Assembly (NCBI GenBank): GCA_019114245.1 | Contig: DXFX01000071.1 | Location: forward strand, 1,681-65,680 | Source of the DNA: Candidatus Borkfalkia faecipullorum | Lineage (GTDB): Bacteria; Bacillota; Clostridia; Christensenellales; Borkfalkiaceae | Direction: 5' to 3' | Length of the DNA stretch: 64,000 bases | Shown here: piece by piece, positions 58,634-64,000 of the stretch | Numbering within the stretch: the stretch's first letter is position 1 | How the letters are laid out: every line of letters begins with the position of its first letter | The notes under the pieces: model-generated | Told to the model about the DNA's origin: nothing | Database searches by the model: none | Seen by the model: the letters and a program-made list of their open reading frames with translations, nothing else | Made by a program: the position numbers and the translations under genes

Positions 58634-59170
58634 ATGTCGGATAAAGATTTTGTCACATACGAATACATGGCAAAGACGGGAAAGGCGGAGGAGTCTGCAA
58701 GGCTTGCCGACCTTTATGAAGCGTTCGGTTGGGAGATCGTGTCCTCTGCGCCGTCGGCGCTCTCTTCGGTCACGCTGTCCCTGCGCAGGGACAGAAAGCT
58801 CAAGCACCGCGCGGAGCTGCGCAGGCTGCAGGGGCAGGCGGAAAACGTACTTCAGACGATCAGGCGCCTGAACGGTGCAAAGACCTTCGGGGCGCGCGTT
58901 TTCAGCTATATTTTCGGCGCCATCGCCGCCCTCGTGCTCGGCGGAGGGATGTGCCTGGTCATGCTGAATGCGGGCGGCGTCGCCGGCTTTGCCGGCGGGA
59001 TCGTGCTGGGGGTCGCGGGCATCGTGCTCTGCTGCGTCAATTATCCCATGTATAAAAAGATCTCGCAGAAGAATACGGCGCGGCTCATGCCCGTCATCGA
59101 GGAAAACGAGGAAAAGCTTTCCAACCTGCTCGAACAGGGCAACGACCTGCTCAGCACAGAACTCATTTAA
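58634..59170 (+). CDS. Hypothetical membrane protein (178 aa, 2 TM)
   Basis: AGGAGG RBS. Soluble N-terminal half followed by FSYIFGAIAALVLGGGMCLVML and FAGGIVLGVAGIVLCCV. Confidence 0.6.
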   Translation: MSDKDFVTYEYMAKTGKAEESARLADLYEAFGWEIVSSAPSALSSVTLSLRRDRKLKHRAELRRLQGQAENVLQTIRRLNGAKTFGARVFSYIFGAIAALVLGGGMCLVMLNAGGVAGFAGGIVLGVAGIVLCCVNYPMYKKISQKNTARLMPVIEENEEKLSNLLEQGNDLLSTELI

Positions 59171-59187
59171 AGGAACAGCGGCAGACT

Positions 59188-59415
59188 ATGTCACAAAAAA
59201 GGGAGAACGTACACAACTTTTTAAACCATCTGCGCAAGGATTTCGCCTATCGCACCTTTGTCTTTTCGGGACTCTCCTTTTGTGCCACGGTCCTGTTTGC
59301 GGGATATAACCTCTTTCTCGGCATCGCGTACGGCGCGGCGATTTTCCGTCAGGATCGTATGGGTGGCATTGCGGGAACTTCGCGCCGTGCGCAGGGCATG
59401 ATACAAAGCGAAAAA
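59188..59415 (+). pseudogene. Possible truncated membrane-protein gene (only about 53 plausible N-terminal residues)
   Basis: MSQKRENVHNFLNHLRKDFAYRTFVFSGLSFCATVLFAGYNLFLGIAYGAAIF, then non-membrane-like sequence running through a terminator. Confidence 0.3.
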
Positions 59416-59446
59416 GGGCGGGTTTTGAACAAAACCCGCCCTTTTT
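59416..59446 (+). terminator. Rho-independent terminator
   Basis: gggcgggtttt/aaaacccgccc stem followed by ttttt. Confidence 0.9.
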
Positions 59447-59455
59447 CGCGCAAAC

Positions 59456-60292
59456 ATGGCAAGATATTCACCCGAAAGAATGATAAGATATGTTTTGAAA
59501 TTCTATACGGGGAGCAGACTCTTGGCACGGAAAATCGTCATCACGTCCGGAAAAGGCGGGGTAGGAAAAACGGCGATCGCCGTCAATCTCGGCTTGCGGC
59601 TCGCCTCGGCGGGGGAGCGCGTGATCCTTGCGGACGCGGATTTCGGACTCAACAACATCGACGTCGTGTGCGGCGTGGAGGGCGCCGTTCTGTACGACAT
59701 TGTGGACGTCATCGAGGGGAGATGCCGCGCCGCGCAGGCGCTGGTAAGGCACCCGGAATGCCCCAATCTCTCCATTCTGCCCTCCAACCGCACGGACCCG
59801 AACAAATACGTTTCCCCGCAGGCGGTGCGGCTGATCATCGATTCGCTCGCGCCCCGTTACGATTATGTGCTCATCGATTGCCCCGCGGGCATCGGCAGCG
59901 GCTTTCACCGCGCGGTGGCCTCCGCGGAAGAAGCGCTCGTCGTCACCACGCCGCACGTGTCCTCCCTGCGCGACGCGGACAAGGTGATCGCAGTGCTCAA
60001 AAGCTATCGCTTAAAAAAAGTGGAACTGGTCGTCAACATGGTGCGCGGCGACCTCGTCGTGGACGGGGACATCCTTTCCCCGGACGAGATCGCGCGCATT
60101 CTGAAAATTCCGCTGGTGGGCGTCGTCCCGCAGGAGGACGGCGTGTTTTTGGGGGAGCGCGGCTGTGCGGGGCGCGCGTTTAAAATGTTGGCAGGCAACA
60201 TTGCAAAGGGAACGAGAAAGATCTATAATGTAACGGGAAGATACAACGGGTTTTTCGGTTCCATCCGCCGCAATCTGAAAAAAAATCTGTGA
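59456..60292 (+). CDS. minD: Septum site-determining ATPase MinD
   Basis: Deviant Walker A SGKGGVGKT, DADFGLNNID, and a C-terminal amphipathic GFFGSIRRNLKKNL. The start is uncertain (59456, 59480 or a later TTG). Confidence 0.85.
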   Translation: MARYSPERMIRYVLKFYTGSRLLARKIVITSGKGGVGKTAIAVNLGLRLASAGERVILADADFGLNNIDVVCGVEGAVLYDIVDVIEGRCRAAQALVRHPECPNLSILPSNRTDPNKYVSPQAVRLIIDSLAPRYDYVLIDCPAGIGSGFHRAVASAEEALVVTTPHVSSLRDADKVIAVLKSYRLKKVELVVNMVRGDLVVDGDILSPDEIARILKIPLVGVVPQEDGVFLGERGCAGRAFKMLAGNIAKGTRKIYNVTGRYNGFFGSIRRNLKKNL

Positions 60293-60293
60293 T

Positions 60294-60914
60294 CTAAAAC
60301 AGGCTGAACCTTTTTCCCGTCGTCAGCAGATAGATGAGGTTGAAGGCAAAATCTGCCGCCGTGCAGAGGCTCAGGCTCACCGCCGCGGCGCGGCGGAAAG
60401 GATAGGGGAGATCGCGCACCGTTTTCCGCGCGGGCTCCCATACGACGGCCATGCCCAGCGTGATCAGCCCGCCCCAGAGCAGGGTAAAGGAAAGGCTCAC
60501 GCTCCCAAACAGCTGGAATTTCTGGTAGGAGTAATTCCACAGCCGCACGTGAAGAAGGTCTGTAAAGAGGGTGCCTACGGCCAGCTCCGCCGCCGCGGGA
60601 GGGAAGGACGCCAGGACAAAATAGAGGGCAAGCACGCCCAGGCGCGCCGCCGCTTTCCGTGCGGGCGGCAAGGGGGCGGCCTTTTTCCACAGCGGCGAAA
60701 GCCGCCCCGTCTGCGGCGTTCCCAAAAGGAAATGTTCGGCAAGCACGGCCGTCCCGTAGATGGTGCAAAAGGGCAGGGTGAGAAAGCCGCGGTCGGCAAG
60801 CACGTTCCAGCGGAACAGAAACAGCGCCGTTTCCGCGCACCAGCCAAAAAACGAGAGAATAAAAAAGAGGATCGCGCAGTCACAGACGCAATGCCGCGCG
60901 GAAAGAGTTTTCAT
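60294..60914 (-). CDS. Polytopic membrane protein, PF06541-like (putative ABC-transporter type IV / DUF1113)
   Basis: FFGWCAETALF..RGFLTLPFCTIYG signature. ATG at 60914 is preferred. Confidence 0.55.
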   Translation of the reverse strand: MKTLSARHCVCDCAILFFILSFFGWCAETALFLFRWNVLADRGFLTLPFCTIYGTAVLAEHFLLGTPQTGRLSPLWKKAAPLPPARKAAARLGVLALYFVLASFPPAAAELAVGTLFTDLLHVRLWNYSYQKFQLFGSVSLSFTLLWGGLITLGMAVVWEPARKTVRDLPYPFRRAAAVSLSLCTAADFAFNLIYLLTTGKRFSLF

Positions 60915-60964
60915 AAATGCAGTTTGTGTAAAGGCAGAACAAATATTTGTCGGGAGGAAAGCAT

Positions 60965-61204
60965 ATGCGTAGATTGCGGGAAAGCGCGCTGCGGGCGCGC
61001 GACGTTCTCGAACGGGAAAAACAGCCACTTTCGGAGGGCTGCCGCGCGCTCATCGCGCGCGACGTTGCCGCCGCCTTGTCGGAATACTTCGTTCTCACGG
61101 GCAGCGTCCGCCTGAAAGTGGAGCGCGGCGAAAAGGTGAAGATCACGCTGGAAGCGGAGGCGGAAAGCATTTTGCCCTTTGCCTCATTCGGCGGCGGGCT
61201 TTAA
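60965..61204 (+). CDS. Small protein (79 aa), possibly MinE-like
   Basis: GGGAGGA RBS. RDVAAALSEYFVLTGSVRLKVERGEKVKITLEAEAE loosely parallels the MinE segment ++IL.VI.KYV.I....V.V.L. Confidence 0.3.
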   Translation: MRRLRESALRARDVLEREKQPLSEGCRALIARDVAAALSEYFVLTGSVRLKVERGEKVKITLEAEAESILPFASFGGGL

Positions 61205-61209
61205 ACAAA

Positions 61210-61258
61210 ACGGCATATATAGGCTCAAATATTGTGCAAATTCTACAAGATATTGTAT
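61210..61258. promoter_or_regulatory. Candidate NrdR boxes upstream of nrdD
   Basis: ctACAAGATATTGTat (61243-61258) matches 13 of 16 positions of acaCwAtATaTwGtgt. Weaker boxes lie at 61210-61225 and 61222-61237. Confidence 0.45.
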
Positions 61259-61303
61259 TTGTTTGAAAACTGTTGCATTTGCGACAGTTTTTTTTTGCGA
61301 GTG

Positions 61304-61312
61304 TGATATAAT
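61304..61312 (+). promoter_or_regulatory. Extended -10 element TGaTATAAT
   Basis: Read directly, 33 nt upstream of the nrdD ATG. No good -35 was found. Confidence 0.45.
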
Positions 61313-61344
61313 AATAGAGAAGTAAAAAAAGAGGTCGAGTTACT

Positions 61345-63471
61345 ATGCAGGTCATCAAGAGAGACGGCGCCATCGCCGATTATGACAGGGCAAAAATCGC
61401 GATCGCGATCGGCAAGGCAAATGCGGAAATGCAGTCCGCTTCCGAGCGCGCAACGGGGGAAGAGATCGAGAGCATTCTCGATTTCATCGAAGCGAAAAAG
61501 AAAAAGCGTATGCTGGTGGAGGACATTCAGGACATCATCGAGCAGAAGCTGATGGAACAGGGGCATTACGAGCTCGCCAAGACGTACATCATCTATCGTT
61601 ATAACCGCGCGCTCGTGCGCAAGGCAAACACGACGGACGAGGCGATCCTCAGCCTGATCCACAATTCCAACAAGGACGTGATGGAGGAGAACTCCAACAA
61701 AAACGCGCTTGCGGCGGCAACCCAGCGCGACCTCATCGCGGGCGAAGTTTCCAAGGACCTCACCCGCCGTATCCTCCTGCCCGAAAAGATTTCCAAGGCG
61801 CACGACGAGGGCGTTCTGCACTTCCACGACGCCGATTATTTCATCCAGCCTATTTTCAACTGCTGCCTCATCAACATCGGGGATATGCTGGACAACGGCA
61901 CCGTGATGAACGGCAAACTCATCGAAAGCCCCAAGAGCTTCCAGGTCGCCTGCACGGTGGTCACGCAGATCATCGCGGCGGTCGCCTGCTCGCAGTACGG
62001 CGGTCAGTCGGTGGATATCCGCCACCTGGGCAAATATCTGCGCAAGAGCCGCGAAAAGTTTGAAAAACATTTCCGCGACGCCTGCCCCGAACTTTCGGAC
62101 GAAGAGATGAAAAAACTGGTGGACGACCGCATTCAGGACGAGCTGCGCAGCGGCGTGCAGACCATTCAGTACCAGATCAACACGCTGATGACCACCAACG
62201 GCCAGTCTCCTTTCGTCACCCTTTTCCTGTACCTGGACAAGGACGACGAATATCTCGAAGAGAACGCGCAGATCATCACCGAGATCCTGCGCCAGCGCTA
62301 TGAAGGGATCAAAAATGAAAAGGGCGTCTACATCACGCCCGCGTTCCCCAAACTCGTGTACGTTTTGGACGAGATCAACTGCCTCAAGGGCGGCAAGTAC
62401 GATTACATCACCGAGCTTGCTGTAAAGTGCTCTTCCAAGCGCCTGTATCCCGACTACATTTCCGCCAAGAAAATGCGCGAGATCTACGAAGGCAACGTGT
62501 TCAGCCCCATGGGCTGCCGCTCTTTCCTCTCGCCGTGGAAGGACGAAAACGGAAATTATAAATTTGAAGGCCGCTTCAACCAGGGCGTCGTTTCCATCAA
62601 CCTGCCGCAGATCGGCATTCTCGCCAAGGGCGACGAAGGAAAGTTCTGGAAACTCTTTGACGAGCGCCTCGATCTCTGCCGCGAAGCGCTGATGGTGCGC
62701 CACCGCGCTCTGCTCGGCACCAAATCGGACGTTTCGCCCATCCACTGGCAGTACGGCGCCATCGCCCGCCTGGAAAAAGGGGAAGTCATCGACAAGCTTC
62801 TGTTCAACGGCTATTCCACCCTTTCCCTCGGCTACATCGGCCTGTACGAGGTGACAAAGCTGATGAAGGGCGTCTCCCAGACAGACCCCGTCGGCGAAGA
62901 ATTTGCCGTGCGCGTCATGCAGCATATGCGCGACAAGACGGATCAGTGGAAAAAGGAGACGGGCCTGGGCTTTGCTCTGTACGGCACTCCCGCCGAATCC
63001 CTCTGCTACCGCTTTGCACGCATCGACAAGGAGCGTTTCGGCACCATCGAGGACGTGACGGACAAGGGGTATTACACCAACTCCTACCACGTGGACGTGC
63101 GCGAACACATCGACGCGTTCTCCAAGTTCTCCTTCGAGGCGCAGTTCCAGAAGATCTCTTCGGGCGGCTGCATCTCGTACGTGGAGATCCCCAATATGCA
63201 GAACAACCTCGAAGCCATGCAGGAAGTGGTTCGCTTTATCTACGACAACATCCAGTACGCGGAGTTCAACACCAAGAGCGATTACTGCCACGTCTGCGGC
63301 TGGGACGGGGAAATCATCATCAACGAAAACAACGAATGGGAATGCCCCAACTGCCACAACAAGGATCACAAGAAGATGAACGTCACCCGCCGCACCTGCG
63401 GATACCTGGGCGAAAACTTCTGGAACCTGGGCAAGACCAAGGAGATCAAGGCGAGGGTGCTGCACCTGTAA
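61345..63471 (+). CDS. nrdD: Anaerobic ribonucleoside-triphosphate reductase (class III)
   Basis: N-terminal ATP-cone (VIKRDG), Zn site CHVCG..CPNC, glycyl-radical tail RRTCGYLG. Confidence 0.95.
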   Translation: MQVIKRDGAIADYDRAKIAIAIGKANAEMQSASERATGEEIESILDFIEAKKKKRMLVEDIQDIIEQKLMEQGHYELAKTYIIYRYNRALVRKANTTDEAILSLIHNSNKDVMEENSNKNALAAATQRDLIAGEVSKDLTRRILLPEKISKAHDEGVLHFHDADYFIQPIFNCCLINIGDMLDNGTVMNGKLIESPKSFQVACTVVTQIIAAVACSQYGGQSVDIRHLGKYLRKSREKFEKHFRDACPELSDEEMKKLVDDRIQDELRSGVQTIQYQINTLMTTNGQSPFVTLFLYLDKDDEYLEENAQIITEILRQRYEGIKNEKGVYITPAFPKLVYVLDEINCLKGGKYDYITELAVKCSSKRLYPDYISAKKMREIYEGNVFSPMGCRSFLSPWKDENGNYKFEGRFNQGVVSINLPQIGILAKGDEGKFWKLFDERLDLCREALMVRHRALLGTKSDVSPIHWQYGAIARLEKGEVIDKLLFNGYSTLSLGYIGLYEVTKLMKGVSQTDPVGEEFAVRVMQHMRDKTDQWKKETGLGFALYGTPAESLCYRFARIDKERFGTIEDVTDKGYYTNSYHVDVREHIDAFSKFSFEAQFQKISSGGCISYVEIPNMQNNLEAMQEVVRFIYDNIQYAEFNTKSDYCHVCGWDGEIIINENNEWECPNCHNKDHKKMNVTRRTCGYLGENFWNLGKTKEIKARVLHL

Positions 63472-63477
63472 AGCTGT

Positions 63478-64000
63478 ATGAATTACGCCAACATCAAAAA
63501 ATACGACATCGCCAACGGCGTGGGGGTGCGCGTCTCCCTGTTTGTCAGCGGCTGTACGCACCATTGCAAGGGCTGTTTCAATGCCGAAGCGTGGGATTTT
63601 GCGTACGGTCAGCCGTACACGGAGGCAACGGAGGAGGAGATCCTCGCGGCGCTCTCTCACGAGTATATCGCGGGGCTTTCCCTGTTGGGCGGCGAACCCT
63701 TTGAACCGCAGAACCAGCGGGCGCTGCTCCCGCTCCTGCGCAAATTCCGCGAACGGTATCCGCAAAAGAGCGTGTGGTGCTATTCGGGCTACACGCTGGA
63801 AACGGACATCCTTGCGGGCAGGGCGCACTGCGAGGCGACGGACGAAATGCTCTCCTATATCGATATTCTCGTGGACGGCGAGTTTGTCGAAGAGAAAAAA
63901 GACCTCAAACTCCGTTTCCGCGGATCGTCCAACCAACGCATCATAGACGTAAAGAGGACTCTGTCGGAAGGCACGGTAAAACTGTGGAAAGACGGGGACT
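63478..64000 (+). CDS. nrdG: Anaerobic RNR activating radical SAM enzyme (3' end at or beyond the window edge)
   Basis: Own translation gives MNYANIKKYDIANGVGVRVSLFVSGCTHHCKGCFN..GGEPF. No stop codon before 64000. Confidence 0.9.
   Translation, partial: MNYANIKKYDIANGVGVRVSLFVSGCTHHCKGCFNAEAWDFAYGQPYTEATEEEILAALSHEYIAGLSLLGGEPFEPQNQRALLPLLRKFRERYPQKSVWCYSGYTLETDILAGRAHCEATDEMLSYIDILVDGEFVEEKKDLKLRFRGSSNQRIIDVKRTLSEGTVKLWKDGD

Noticed and set aside
59188-60183. 331-aa + strand ORF treated as one protein
   Set aside because: It runs straight through a strong intrinsic terminator (59416-59446) and then shadows the minD frame with Arg/Gly-rich sequence. Only its first ~53 aa look protein-like; this is reported separately as a possible stub.
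61243-63936. 897-aa minus-strand ORF opposite nrdD and nrdG
   Set aside because: A shadow of two strongly recognisable genes.

Overview
High-GC, Clostridia-like (Firmicutes) chromosomal segment, densely coded and mostly on the + strand. No rRNA, tRNA, CRISPR array, transposase or integrase was recognised. Most of the window is housekeeping: glnS (5' truncated), a T-box-controlled ileS, rRNA/tRNA modification enzymes, feoAB, an ArsR plus CPC-type P-type ATPase metal-efflux pair, and a purine permease plus adenine deaminase. It also holds a complete type II fatty-acid synthesis cluster (SecB-like, fabZ, fabH, acpP, fabK, fabD, fabG, fabF, accBCDA, degV), spoIIID with a sigma-E-type promoter, an ECF S-component plus coaX, hom, an amino-acid ABC transporter, a two-component system, minD, and nrdDG. 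Many intergenic regions carry consensus TTGACA-17-TATAAT promoters and clean rho-independent terminators. The best candidate for an undescribed system is a self-contained 985-aa gene (50502-53459). It fuses an N-terminal TIR domain, a STAND/NACHT-like core with a degenerate P-loop, a helical region and a C-terminal YfbR-type HD phosphohydrolase domain. It lies convergent to a radical-SAM/DUF4130 DNA-repair-like pair whose promoter overlaps an SOS-box-like palindrome. Other accessory-looking content: a surface-protein cluster (a protein with a 22-Cys module and Listeria-Bacteroides-type repeats, an 11-repeat FN3-like lipoprotein, an Lgt-SHOCT fusion) beside a frameshifted paralog remnant. There is also a 100-bp, 99% A+T tract inside the fab cluster and a tiny Cys-rich membrane peptide. 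All calls rest on reading the supplied translations and sequence by eye. No database search or computation was run.
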